This document shows positions 15,972 through 31,152 of a stretch of 64,000 bases of DNA, in pieces; within the stretch, counting starts at the first letter, position 1; each line of letters begins with the position of its first letter. The translations under genes and the position numbers were made by a program. The notes beneath the pieces were generated by a model. It saw only the letters and a list, made by a program, of their open reading frames with translations. It had not been told where the DNA came from and did not search any database. Location of the stretch: the NCBI RefSeq assembly GCF_009914755.1, contig NC_060928.1, one strand, 5' to 3'. The stretch is from the human T2T-CHM13v2.0 reference genome, Homo sapiens.

Positions 15972-16575
15972 TAAGCACCCTAACAAAGCATGAAAACAAG
16001 CCTTAAAGTATCAAGCCACAAATAAGTGTCTGCCAAAGTAAAAAAGAAGAAAATCCAGTCCTGAAGAGTATAAAATGTTCAAGACTCAATAAAAGGGTAT
16101 TACACATGTAAAGTACAATAAAATATGAGCAATAAACAGGATAAAAATCAGTCAGAAACATCCAGAAAGGATGAAAATCACTGAACTAATCAATAAGCAC
16201 TTTTTAAATGAAAGTTTTAAAGAGAGGCTCAACAGCAGATTCTAGAATGCAGATGAAATAATCAGAGGATTTGAAGATAGATCGGTTGAGATTATAGTCT
16301 AAGGAACAGAAAGAAAAGAAGTGAACAAAAATTGTCAAAGCCTCAAAAAACTGTGGGAGAGCACCAAGTATTCCTCTCCAGTAGAGGAAAGAAAAAAGCA
16401 GAAAGGTTATTTGAGGAAATAACAGCCAAAAACTTCCCAAATTTGGTGAAAAACATTAATCCACACATCCAGGAAGTTCAGCAAATTCCAAGTAGGATAA
16501 ACTCAAAGAGATTTACACCTACATATATCATAATAACACTGAAATAAAGGGGAAAAAAAATAAATGATCATCTAA

Positions 16576-16946
<371 letters not shown>

Positions 16947-19900
16947 TGAAGCTCTAGCTGGGGCAATTAAACAAGAAACAAATTAAAAGGCATCCATATT
17001 GAAAAGGAAGAAGTAAAATTTTCTCTATTTGCAGATGACATGGTCTTATATATTGAAAATCTTGAAGAATCCACAAAAAAAACTATTAGAGGAAATAAAC
17101 TAGTTCAGCAAGGTTGTAAAATACAAGTTCCACATACAAATATCAGTTTTACTTCTATACACTATCAATGAACAATTCAAATATGAAATTAAGAAAGCAT
17201 TTCCATTAACAACTTTACAACAGAATTAAAAATGATAAATTACACAGGAATAAATTTAACAAGTGCAAATTTTATACTTCAAAAGTGAAAAAACATTGAA
17301 AGAAATTATTTTAAAACTAAATGAATAGAAAGACTCCTCATGTTAATAGATCGGAAGAAAATATTGTAAAGATGGCAATATTCCCCAACTGATCTACAGT
17401 TTCAACACAGTACCAATCAAATTTCCAGCTGACTTATTCCCAGAAAAATAACAAGCTGATCCTAAAATTCACATGGAAATGTAAGGGACACAGAATAGTC
17501 GAAACAATCTGAAAAAGAAAAGTAGAGAGAACCATACTTCCTGATTTCAAACTTACTACAGTAATCTAGTTTATTCAATACTAATCTAATAAATCTTAAA
17601 ACTGATACAGTAATCTACAGTAAGTTACAGTAATCAAGACAGTGTTATACTGGTATAAGGACAGACATATAGGTCAATGAAACAGAAGTGAGAGTCCAGC
17701 AATAAACCCAAACAACTGTAGTCAATTGATTTTTGACAAGAATGTGAAGACCACTCCGTGGGAAAAGCATAGTCATTTCCACAAATAATGCTAAGAAAAT
17801 AGGATATCTGTATGCAAAAAAACAGAACCCCTGCTCACATCATATTAAAAAAAATTTTTTTTTTACTCAAAATGGATCAAAAGAGAACAAGGAGCAGAAA
17901 ACAGCTATCTAGGGACATCGGATGTCAGTTCTCCTCAGAGAGAAGACCAAAGGTATCAGTGAATAGACACATTCCAAAAGGAAAACTAAAGGAGGGGAGC
18001 AGGATCTGTTGGAATGCCTAAAGGAAGAAGCTGGGGTGCAAAAAAGGAAAGCAGAATGAGGATAACAGAGATTGACACCCAAGAAACTCAGAGTCCCATG
18101 GAAAGGGTAGGTGGGGGTGCTTCTCCACTCCCCTCACCTCTGTGACAGTCTGCTGACCACCAAACTGTTGGGTAGACTCTTTGTCCTCATGACCCAGGGC
18201 AACACTATTGGTGGCGATTTGAGTACTTACCGGGAATGGAGAACCAGGTGACCAGCTTGCACAGATGTGCCCACATTCCCTTCAGACCTGAACTGAGACA
18301 GTGGGTGTCATGATGGTTGTGTACCCATGGTGCCACAACCCTGCCTAGCAATCTCCACCCATGGTGCCAAGGGTATCTCCACCCTTGAGCCACTGTCTCA
18401 CCAGATGCACCACAAATACACCCATAACCCACTCTGACTTTGGCAAGCACAGGAGACCAGAAGCTCCCCAGGGAGCTGTGGTACCCCAAAGATCTAACCC
18501 TAAGCCTGTGCCACCCCTAAAGGAAGAGGGAAGAACAGCCCACCAAAACCCACCTTGGGACAAAGGAAACGGGTGCAGCACCAACCACTGAATGGGCCAG
18601 CAGTGACACCCATGAAGAGACGTGGAGAGAGGGTCATCTCCTGGCCTCCCCCAGTACACTGTTGTGGAGTCAGCAGTGTTCTTCCTGCCACAGGCTAGTG
18701 GGCATGCCTCAAAGAAAGTGTCTTTTGTGCTTTTCATGGTAGCTCCACCGTCAGCCCATGACCACTCAGGCTTTCACAAAGGGCGAGCTGAACACCACCC
18801 TCTTACAAAAAGTGGCAGCAACCCAGCAACAGAGGACAGAACACAGAGTTGCCTGCCCTAGACTGGGAAAAGAGGCTCTGCCTCCTCAGCCCCATTTTAG
18901 TAGTAGTAGTCAGAAAGGCTTATCTGTGGCCCACAGCCACACTGAATCCAGAAACAACTGAAGGTTATGAGCCCTGCAACAAGGGCATGATAAAGAAGCA
19001 AATCACATTCCTAAGGGCTCAAGATGAAGAGCTGGTGCACCCGCTGCCCCTTCTCCCAAGACCTTGGTGCACGCCCTCACGATTTTCTCACCAACCCCAT
19101 CAGGGTGGGCACATCCACATGGCACCAGCCTACCTGCCAGCTCTTATTTTTAAGCGCCATCTACTGGATTATACCCAGAACTGCACCATGAAATTAAAAA
19201 CCTGCTACCAGAAGAGCTTAGTGTTAGTCCACGAGATAAGATTCTGGAGACCTCCACACCATCAGGCCCACAGGAGACAGTGTGTCAGCCCTTATATCCA
19301 ATATATCGCTACAACAAGCAGCATCTGAGAAAGCCACCACACAGAAACTACCCACAACCAAGGAGCCCACACAGAGCCTTGGTCCCCTGAAAGCACCCAG
19401 AAACGAAGCCAAACAATCATACACAATATACACTACAGTAATACCCTCAAGGAAAAAAAGAATTAAAAAAGTAAAAAGCCCCAAAACAACAGCAAATACA
19501 AAAATAAGAAGCGACAATACCTCAGATGAGAAGGAATCAGCAGAAGAATTCAAGCAGTAGAAAAAGGCAGAGTGTTTTGACACCTCCAAAGAACAGTACT
19601 ACCTCTCTAGCAATGGATCCTAACCAGATTGAAATGTCTCAAATAACAGATGAAAAATTCAAACTATGGATTGCAAGGAAACTCACTGAGATCCAGAGAA
19701 AGCTGAAATCCAATACAAAGAAACCAGAAAAACAATTTAGGATATGAAAGATGAGATAGCTATATTAAGAAAAAACCAAGTGGAACCTCTGGAATTGAAA
19801 ATTTAACTACAGGATTTTCAAAATACAACAGGAAGCTTTAACAATAGACTAGACCAAGCAGAAAAAGGAATTTCAGAGCTTGAATACCCGTCTTTCAAAT

Positions 19901-20928
19901 TAACCCAGTCACACAAAAATAAACAAAAAAGAACTTTAAGAAACAAAGCCTTCAAGAAATATGGGATTATATAAAGTGGCCAAACCTAAGACAAACTGGC
20001 ATTCCTGAGAGAGAAAAAGAAAAAGTAAGAAACTTAGAAAACATACTTAAGGAAATTATTCAGGAAAATTTCCCTAATCTTGCAAGAGAGGTCAACATCC
20101 AGAGAAAGGAATTAAGAGAACTCTTGGGAGATGCTCTACAAGATGACCATCCCCAAGGCATATAGTTATCAGATTACTCAAAATCAATGCAAAAGAAAAA
20201 AAATCTTAGAGGCAGCTAGAGAAAGGGGTCAAATTACATAATAAGGGAATTCCATCAGACTAACAGTGAACTTCTCAGCAGAAATCTTTCAAGCAAAAAG
20301 AGACTGGGGCCTATTTTTAGACTTCTTAAAGAAAAAACCCCAGTCAAGAATGTCATATCTCGGAAACTAAGCTTCATGAACAAAGGAGAAATAAAGTTTT
20401 TCTAGACAAGTAAACACTAAGACAATTCTTCACCATGAGGCTGTCCCTACAAGAAATGCTCAAAGGAGTTCTAAACATAGAAACCAAAGAACAATACTTG
20501 CTATCATAAAAGCTCAAAGACACTTTAGAGCAATTACACAATTGAGACTAGAAAGAAACTAGTTAACAATACTATGACAAAAACTGAACCTCATATGTCA
20601 ATATTAACCTTGAACGTAAATGGCCTAAACTATGTAAAAGACACAGAGTGGCAAATTGAATTTAAAAAAAAAAAAAGAAACGGAATTTAAAGTAACAAGG
20701 AACTGAATTTAAAAACAAGAACCAACCTTATGCTGCTGTGAAGAGGCCCATCTCACCTCTAATGACACCCATAGGCTCAAAGTAAAGGTATGGAGAAAGA
20801 TCTATCATGCAAATGAAAGAAAAAAAAAAAAGAAAAAAAAGAGCAGGGGTTGCTATTCTTTTATCAGATAAATCAGACTTTAAACCAACAACAGTTCAAA
20901 AAAAAAAAGACAAAGAACAGCATTATAT

Positions 20929-22007
20929 TTGGCTAAGAATTTATAAGTCCTCAAAAGCAATTGCAACAGAAAAACAAAACTGGACAAGTGAGATCTAATT
21001 AAACTAACAAGCTTTTGTACAGCAAAACTATCAACACAGAAAGCAGACAATCTGCAAAATGGCAAAAAAAATTTTGCACACTATGTATCCAGGTCAAATA
21101 CCCAGAATCTATAGGGAACTTAATTCAACAAGCAAAACAAAGAAACAAACAAACGAAAACACCCTACTAAAAAGTAGGCAAAGCACATGAACAGACACTT
21201 TCAAAAGACAGACAAGTAGCCAACAAACATAAGAAAAAATGCCCAACATCACTAATCATCAGAGAAATACATATCAAAACCACAATGAAATACAATCTCA
21301 CACCAGTCAGCTATTATTGAAAAGTTAAAAAAAAATAATAGATGCTGGAGAGGCTGCAGACAAATGGAAACACTTATACACTGTTGGTGGGAACGGAAAT
21401 TAATTCAGCCACTATGAAAAGCAGTTTAGAGAATTTTCAAAGAGCTAAAAATAGAACTACCATTAGACCCAGCAATCCCATTATGAAGGTATATAACTAC
21501 AGGAAAATAAACCATTTTACCGAAAAATATATATATATGCTCATATGCTCATTGAAGCCCTGTTCACAATAACAAAAACATGGAATCAACCTAGATGCCC
21601 ATCAATGGTGGACTGTATAAAGAAAATGTGGTATATATACACCATGGACTCCTATGCAGCCATAAAAAAGAACTAAATCATGTCCTTTGCAGCAACATGG
21701 ATACAACTGGAGGCCACTATCCTAAATGAATTAACATAGAAACAGAAAACCAAATACCACATGTTCTCACTTACAAGTGGGAGCCAAAGACTGGGTACAC
21801 ATGGACATAAAGAAGGGAGAAAAAGACACTGGAGACTACTAAAGAGGAGACAGATGGAGTGGGGTAAAGGCTGAAAAACTACCTACTAGGTACCACAATC
21901 AGTACCTGGGTGATGGGATCAATCATACCCCAAACCTAAGCATCATGCAATATGCCCATTTAAGAAACCTACACATGTGCCCCCGCCAAATATAAAATAA
22001 AAGTTGG
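20929..22007 (+). mobile_element. 5'-truncated L1 (L1PA15/16-like) nested in the endonuclease region of the host L1
   Basis: ORF2 3' part plus 3' UTR ending tataaaataaaagttg. Host EN sequence resumes at 22008; degenerate duplication gacaaagaacagcattatat / gacaacaaaagggcattacat. Confidence 0.8.
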
Positions 22008-22417
22008 GACAACAAAAGGGCATTACATCATGATAAAGGGTTCAATTTGACAAGATTTAACCATGCTAAATTCATATGCACCCAACATAGAAGCACACAA
22101 GTTTATAAAACAAATACTACCAGACCTAAGTAAAGTGACAGAAAACTATACAACAGTAGTGAAGAACTTCAACACCCCACTGACAGCATTAAACAGATCA
22201 AGGCAGAAAACTAACAAAGGAATTAAATTAGACTCTTGGCATAGTCTATAGACAGTTCACCCAACCACCACAGAATATACATTGTTCTCATCTATGCATG
22301 GAACATCCTCTAATACTGCCATGTGCTTGGTCATAAAGTCTCAAAAAATTCAAAAAAATCAAAATCATATCTAGCATCTTCTCAGACTACAATGGAATAA
22401 AATTAGAAAACAACACA

Positions 22418-22782
<365 letters not shown>

Positions 22783-25700
22783 CTAAACAACTTGCTTCTA
22801 AATGACTTTTGGGTAAAAAACAAAATTAAGGCAAAAAAAAAATCCAAAAATTACTTAAAATAAATGAAAATAGATAATATACCCAAACCTCTGGGATACA
22901 GCAAAAGTAGTGCAAAGAGTATAGCTATGGTACTAAATGCCTACATCAAGAAGACAGATATCTCTCAAATTAACCAACTAATGTCACACCTAAAGGAACT
23001 AGAGAAACAAGAACCAACTAAACACAAAGGTAGCAGAAGAAAAGAAATAACTAAGATCAGAGCATAACTAAATGGAATTGAGACCAAGAAAAAAAAATAT
23101 AAAGGATAAATGAAACTGAAAGTTGGTTCTTTGAAAAAATAAACAAGACTGATAGACTGCCAGATAAATTAACCAAGAAGAAAAAAGATCCAAATAAGCA
23201 CAATCAGAAATGCCAAAGGTAACATTACAACTGACAGCACAGAACTACAAAAGATCCCCAAAGACTACTGCAAACACGTCCATGTGCACAAACTAGAAAA
23301 CCTAGAGGAATTGGATAAATTCCTGGAAACACACAACCTTCAATATTAAACCAGAAATAAATTAAAGTCCTGAACAGACAAAAACAAGTTACAAAATTGA
23401 ATCAGCAATAAAAAATATATTAAACAAATACTGCCGCGGACCAGATGCATTTCACAGCCAAAATCTACTAGACATACAAAGAAGAGCTGGTACCAATCTT
23501 ACTGAAACTATTCCAAAAAGTCAAGGAGGGATATCTCCCTGACTCATTCTATGAAATCAGTATCGTCCTGATAACAAAATGTGGCAAGAACAACATAAAA
23601 AGAAAATTACAGGCCAATATGAACATAGAAGCAAAAATCCTCTACAAAAACAGTGGCAAATCAAATCAAGCAGCATATCAAAAAGATAATTCACTAAAAG
23701 GGCTTTATTCCTGCATTCAAGGATGGTTCAGCATATACAAATCAATAAATGTGATTCACCACATAAAAAGAAATAAAAACAAAAACCATATGATCATCTC
23801 AATAGATTCAGAAAAGGCATTCAATAAAATGCAACATCCCTTAATGATAAAAACCTGCAACAAACTAGACATCAAAGAAACATGCCTCAAAATAATAAGA
23901 GCCATCTATGACAAACCCACAGCCAACATCACACTAAACAGGCAAAACTGGAAGCAATCCCCGTAAGAACTGCAACAAGACAAGGAAGTTCACTGTCATT
24001 ACTCCTATTCAACATAATACTGGAAGTCCTAGCCAGAGCAATCAGACAAGAGAAAAAAATAAAGGGCATCCAAATCAGTAAAGAGGAAGTCAAACTGTCA
24101 CTGTTCACCAACGTCATAATCCTATACCTAGAAAACCCTAAAGATGCCTCCAAAAGACTCCTGGACCCAATAAGTGACTTCAGTAAAGTTTCAGGATACA
24201 AAATCAATGTAAACAAATCAGCATTTCTATACACCAATAATGTTCAAGCTTAGAACCAAATCAAGAACAAAATCAGATCTGCCATAGTAACAAAAAATAA
24301 AATAAAATACCTGGGAATACATGTGACAAAGTAGGTGAAAGATCTCTGAGGAAAACTACAAAACACTGCTAAAATAAATCACAGATGACACAAATAAATG
24401 GAAAAACATTCTATGCTCAAAGATTGGAAGAATCAATATTGTTAAAATGACCACACGACCATACTACCCAAAGCAATCTACCAGTTCAAAGCAATTCCTA
24501 TCAAATTACCAATGCCATTTTTCATAGAATTAGATAAACAATTCTAAAATTCGTATGGAACCAAAAAAAACAGCCTGGATAGCCAAAGTAATCATAAGCA
24601 AAAAGAACAACAAAAGCATCACATTACCCAACTTCAAACTATAGTATAAGGCTATGCTAACCAAAACAGCATGGTACTGGTTAACAAATAGACACATAGA
24701 CCAATTGAACAAAATAGAGAACCCAGAAATAAAGCCACACACCTACAACCAACTAATCTTCGACAAAGTTGACAAAAATAAACAATGGCGAAAGGATATC
24801 CTACTCAACAAATGGTGCTGGAAAGCTGGCTAGCCATATACAGAAGAATGAAACTGAAACCTTCCTTACCTCTCACCACATACAAAAATCAACTCAAGAT
24901 GGGTTAAAGACTTAAATGTAAGACCTCAAACTATAAAAATCCTAGAAGAAACTATAGGTAAAACCCTCCTGAACATTGGCATAGGCAAAAAGTTATAACT
25001 AAGACCTCAAAAAGCAAGTGCAACAAAAACAAAAACTGACAAATGGGACTTAATTAAACTAAAGAGCTTCTGCATGGGTAAATAAACTATCTACAGAGTA
25101 AGTAGGCAACCTACAGAATGAGAGAAAATACCTGCAAACTATGCATTGCCAAAGAACTAATATCCAGAATCTGTAAGGAATTTAAGTCAAGGAAAAAAAA
25201 ATAACCGCAACAAAAAGTGGACTAATGACATACAACACTTCTCAAAAGAGGACACGCAAGCAGCCAACAAACCTGAAAAAATGCTCAATATCACTAATCT
25301 TCGGAGAAATACAAATTAAAACCACAATGAGATACCATCTCACACCAATCAGAATGGCTATTTTAAAATCAAAAAATAACAGACATTGGAGAGGCTACAG
25401 AAAAAAGGAAATACTTATACACTGTTGTGGGAATGGAAATTAGTTCAACCTCTACAGAAAACTGTACAGAGATTTCTCAAAGAACTAGAAATAAAACTAC
25501 CACTCAACCCAGCAATCCCACTACTGACTATCTACACAAAGGAAAATAATTCATCCATAAAAGATACCTGCATTCTTATGTTTATCACAATACTATTCAC
25601 AATAGTGAAGTCATGGAATCAACCTAGGCGCACATCAAAAGTGGACTGGATAAACAAAATGTGGTAAATAATCACCATAGAATACTACACAGCCATAAAA

Positions 25701-25949
25701 AAGAATAAAGTCTTGTCATTTGCAGCAACATTGATGCATCTGGAGGCCATTACCCTAAGTCAAATGTATTGGAGAAAAATTAAAATATTAAGAGAGGATC
25801 TTCGAGTTTCGTATGCATGATCCAAAGTTTTGTTGTCCATGTATTAATCCAGATTGGTAAAATACGAATCAAAACACTTTATATCACCCTATAAGACTAT
25901 AAACCATATTATTTTTAAAATTGTTTAAGGTTATAGTTATAGAATCTTT

Positions 25950-27404
25950 CAAAATTGAGACATAATTCACATATCATAAAGTTGAACATTTTAAAGCGTA
26001 CAGTTTTTAGCATATTCACTAGGTTGTGCAACCATCACCACTATCTAATTCCAGAACATTTTCATCACACCAAAAGTAAACCCTACACATATTAGTAGTC
26101 ATTACCTTTCCCTCCCCTTCTTGCTTTCTCCTCAGCCCCAACCTACTTTTTCTGTCTTTATGGATTTACTTATTTTGAAAACTTCTTATAAATAGAATCA
26201 TGAAATACATGGGTGGCCTTTTCTACCTGGCTTCTTTTATTTATAATAATCTTTCCAAGATTCATACATGTTATAGCATGTATCAGTATGTCACTCCTTT
26301 TTTGGCTGAATAATATTACTTTTTGTTCCCGATTTATCCATTCTTCAGCTAATAGAAATTTGGGCTGTTACTACTTTTAGGCTACTATGAATAATGTTGT
26401 TTTGAATATTTGTATATAAATTTTTGTGTGGGCATACATTTTCATTTCTCTTGGGAAGATACCTAGGAGTAGAACTGTTAGGTCATAAGGTAACTGACTT
26501 TTTGAGGAGCTGCCTAACTGCAATTTCTTGAGGAGCTGCCAAGTTGTTTTCCACGGCAGCTGCATTTCTACTGGACAATATATGAGGGTTCCAAGTTATC
26601 CACAGCCTCACCAGCACTTGTTATTCTATTCTTTTTTTTATTATAGCCATCCTACTGGGTGTGACATGTTGTCTTATTGTGGTTTTCACTGACATTTTCC
26701 CAATGATTAATGATGAGTATATTTTCATGTACTTAATGGCTATTTGTATATCTTCTCTAGGGAAATGTATGTTCAAATCTGCTGTCCATTTTTAAATTGA
26801 GTTATTTGTCTTTATATTGTTGAGGTTCAAGTATTTTCTATACGATATTATACTCATCAGACATGATTTGTAAATATTTTCTCTCTCTACAGACTTGATT
26901 TTATCTTCTTGCTAATGTCCTTTGACGCACACAAATTTTTAATTTTGATGTAATATTTTTTTCTTTGGTTGCTTGTGCTTTAGGTTTTATATTTAAGTAT
27001 TTAAGACACTTGTTGTTTTAATCCAAGGTCATATTGGTTTTGTTTTTGTTTTTCAGACAAAGTCTCGCCCTGTCACCCAGGCTGGAGTGCAGAGGCACAA
27101 TCTCGGCTCAACGCAACCTCCACCTCCCAGGCTCAAATAACTCTCATGCCTCAGCCTCATGGGTAGCTGGGAGTGTGCCACCATGCTCAGCTAATTGTTG
27201 TATCTTTAGTAGAGATGGGGTTTCACCATGTTGGCCAGACTGGTCTCAAACTCCTGGCCCCTAACCATCCACCTGCCTCAGCCTCCCAAAGTGCTGAGAT
27301 TACCGGCATAAGCACTTGGCCCAAGGTCATGTTAACTTATACCTATGTTTTCGTCTAAGATTTTTATGGTGTTAGCTCTTAAGTTTAGGCCTTTGATCCA
27401 TTTT
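25950..27404 (-). mobile_element. 3' portion of an L1MB7/8-like element (inverted continuation of the 14945-17881 element)
   Basis: L1MB 3' UTR text (gttgtgcaaccatcaccactatctaattccagaacattttcatcac). The ORF2 piece begins at aaaatggatcaaaggcctaaac on the minus strand. Confidence 0.8.
27033..27321 (-). mobile_element. AluJ-like
   Basis: Diverged dimer; TSD caaggtcat. Confidence 0.88.
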
Positions 27405-27530
27405 TTGTTGTTGTTATCTTCTTTAGATTCAGAGAACACATATATGCAGGTTTGTTACATGAGCATATTGCATAATGCTGGGGTTTGGGCTTCTGTTGAA
27501 CCCATCACCCAAAGAGTGAGCCTAGTACCA
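27405..27530 (-). mobile_element. Terminal 3' UTR of an L1PA16/L1PB-like element (displaced end of the 17882 element)
   Basis: Minus strand reads ggtactaggctcactc...gggtgatgggttcaacagaagcccaaaccccagcattatgcaatatg...tgaatctaaa, then an (aac)n tail. Confidence 0.8.
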
Positions 27531-28351
27531 TAATGCCCTCAAACACAACTATATACGTACAATTCCCAAAGCACTAGCTGTTATCTCCATCCATTTCTCT
27601 CTTTAGAAATTATATCAGAATACAAAGTAGCATTATTTATATATTTACATCTACATTATTAGTAAATTATTCATAATACAGAACACAACTAATCATAACA
27701 TATTAAATGTGTCATGACTGCCTTGCTGCACCTAAAAATTTTCTCCAGGACAATCCACTTGGAAAAAAAGTATCTAAATCAAAACCTTTGTTTATATACA
27801 GACTGAAAGATTGTAACAATATGAATTTATTGTGTCCAATAGATTCTTAATTTATACCTCATCTTCCAAAAATAACTTAAAGATGATATTTCATATGCTT
27901 CATATTTATTAAGCATGATACAAGTCATTAGAAAAGTAATAGTTCAAAAAGAAGAGAAATAACCAAGATTTGGAATCAACTCACTTTCACTCTTCTTTTG
28001 GCATCCATTAGAAGTATGAGGATAGAAAAAAAAAGTGAGGAGGCACCATTTACTTTTACATTTACATTTTCTTCTTTAATTTGCACAGCATCTGTATTTG
28101 ATTCTACTATTATCAAAAAAGTTATTTAAATAATTTAAGTAATCAAATTAATCACAATAATCAATATTTTTATATATATAAAACCTGTCTAAAAATTTAA
28201 TTCCCTTTTTCATACCAAAGGGCTCTATTTTTGGTTTCCTCGTTAGAAAATAAAATTACAAGATTAGAAAGTATTACCTTTCTACATGCTTCTAGCTTCA
28301 ACATTCTATGATTATGTGAGATTTATTTATAACATCAGATCACAATGGCTC

Positions 28352-28618
28352 TGATGTGGACTGAATTGTATCACCCCAGAATTAAATGTTAACACCCTAA
28401 TACCTAGTACCTCAGAATGTGAGTCCATTTGGAGACAGGGCCTTTAAAGAGGTAATTAAGGTAAAATGAGACCATATGCATGGACCCTAATTCACTATGA
28501 CTAGCGCTGTAAGAAGAGATAAGGACACGACACATGCACAGAAAAAAAAACATGAGAAGACAAAAGGAGAAGACAGCTACGTACATGCCACTGAGAAAGG
28601 CCTTAGAATGAAACCAAT
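28352..28618 (+). mobile_element. MLT1B-like LTR, 3'-truncated
   Basis: tg..tggactgaattgt...cctagtacctcagaatgtga...tttggagacagggcctttaaagaggtaattaagg...gaaaccaa. Confidence 0.8.
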
Positions 28619-30389
28619 CAATTAGGAATGTGGAATAAGGATTAAGATTAGGAATGTGGAACTCAAATGGGAGCTTTGCAAAATTGGTAGGGTTTGAATA
28701 CATAAGTGGGAAGGAAGGAAAAAATCCTTGATTTTTTCCCTCGCTGTGATACAAAAGTACTAAATTAGATGTTGTCTTTCTTTTGTAGACTTAAAGTCTT
28801 GTTGTGGAAGTAAGATGAACATAATGCCATGTACTCACAAAGGAAAGTTAATACGCATTAACTGTGTTAAATAGTTACATAAAGTTTGCTACGCCCTTGC
28901 TATGCTTCTTAATTTAAAGGCATTTCAAAGTAGGGAAAACTGAAAACATGCCTTTAATACATATATTCAATCATACACAAAGTTGAAAGCATCCTAAAGA
29001 ATCACTCGATTTAGCCTAATTAATTACCTAAAAATCCTTTAAAAAGTAATTAAATACAGACCACAATATTTCTTATATTTTCCACTGTAATCAACATAAC
29101 TTTGTTATAGTCTACAGCAATTAATCTCTACCATTCCTTAAATGATAATGACAATATATTTTCAAAGTAGCCACTGGTGACAATTCTGTAAATCAATGTG
29201 CTACAGTGATACCTAAATAAAAGCTTATTTCACTATAATGATGCTTCCAGGCTTCCCTCAAGTCAGGTGGTTACTTGCAGTTAATGATCTGTGACATACC
29301 ACACAAGTAATCCTAAAAAGACTTATTATCCATTGCATGTGCAACAATATTTGCTTTATGGATGGCTAAATGAATGAAGACATTCAATGTAACTGTAAAA
29401 GTAAAATCAAAAGAAAACTTACAAGTAACATGTTTTCTTTAAGTAAAAGGGCTGTGACCATTTTCCATTAATACTTAACCTTTAGCTGGAGCAGTGCAAC
29501 CACATAACACCCAAATCCATAAAGCCCAAGAGCTGTTCTGGGTTAATGCTAATTAACTGCCCCCAATCAAAAGAGCAGTAACTTTCCAAAAATGTGAGCT
29601 CATCGTCCTCTATTGTTGACATCAGTCACATCACGAACTCAATGAACAGTAAAAAAGATAAATATGCTTTATACATAACTTGAGAGCACGTTTTAAAATC
29701 AAATTTATAATACATATACCACACAAACTCACCAAAAAAGAACTATGTTATACATAAAACAGGGTAATCTCAAATAGTCAATCCTACATGGCTGCAAGAC
29801 TTTGTAGGCATTCACGTTCACCATTTACAATTTTATTTCATTTAGTAGACTCAGCTTTTGTCCACCATATGTCCACTGTGGATTAACTATTCCCTCAGGT
29901 ACAATTAAGGACTTTCCATTTGTTGTAAGAAGAGCTAAGTATGAAGGACACAGCCAGAAATAACATTTGTACCTCAACCAAAAACAGAAGCACATTCAAA
30001 CTCAAATGATGGTTTATGCAGCATCTTTTTTTTTTATTACACACGTGTCTGCATAGCAAAATAAACTTGAGATAAAAATTCATGGCAATAGCACAAGAGC
30101 TTTCACCATTCAGATTAGATATCAAATTATATCACCTCCATCAGCAGAATTTAAGCAAATGTCCAAAAAAAAAAAACTTCTAAACTATAATTTAAATGAA
30201 GGCTTGGCTTCTAAATATTAATTATAACCAAAATTTTAATCATTATTTATGTATTTCATAGATATTTCATAATATTTGTCAAGTTTTTTATTTTTAAATC
30301 TTTATATTAGAAAAATATATATATTTAGCAGGACCTCCTCCCATTACCCATAAGAGAAGACAGGATTTGAAGCAAGAATGGGAAGGACA

Positions 30390-30630
30390 ATAACAACTAA
30401 CACATATAGCACTATTATATAACAGATATGGTTCTAGAAGCTTTATATAGTTTAAATTCTTACAATAATTTCCTTATGAGGTAGGTGCTATTATTAGTCC
30501 CACTTTACAGATGACAAAACTAAGGTAAAAAGAGGGTAGGGACCTTACCACAGTCACACAGTTAGTAACTGAACCCGTATCAGAATTGATGTGGTCTTGA
30601 TTAGGAGTCTGTGTCCTTAACCACTATCCA
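30390..30630 (-). mobile_element. MIR
   Basis: Core cccactttacagatgacaaaactaagg...ttaaccacta. Confidence 0.7.
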
Positions 30631-30831
30631 CAGTCTCCCTCTGTTAGAGATATCAAAGTGGCAGAACATAGTATAAAATAAATATCCTTATAGGAAATTA
30701 CAATTTCTCATCTTTTAAACTTGAAATTTTGAATGAAAATTAAGAGATTAGCTAGAGCTAATAATTTAATTTTCAAAACAATTGTTGAGCTTCAAGTTAG
30801 GGCTATGAAAGAGAAAAAATAAAAATCTTAA

Positions 30832-31152
<321 letters not shown>

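Noticed and set aside
18205-19589. Several 60-159 aa ORFs on both strands
   Set aside because: They lie in the 5' UTR of an old L1 and show no homology or coding signature I can recognise.
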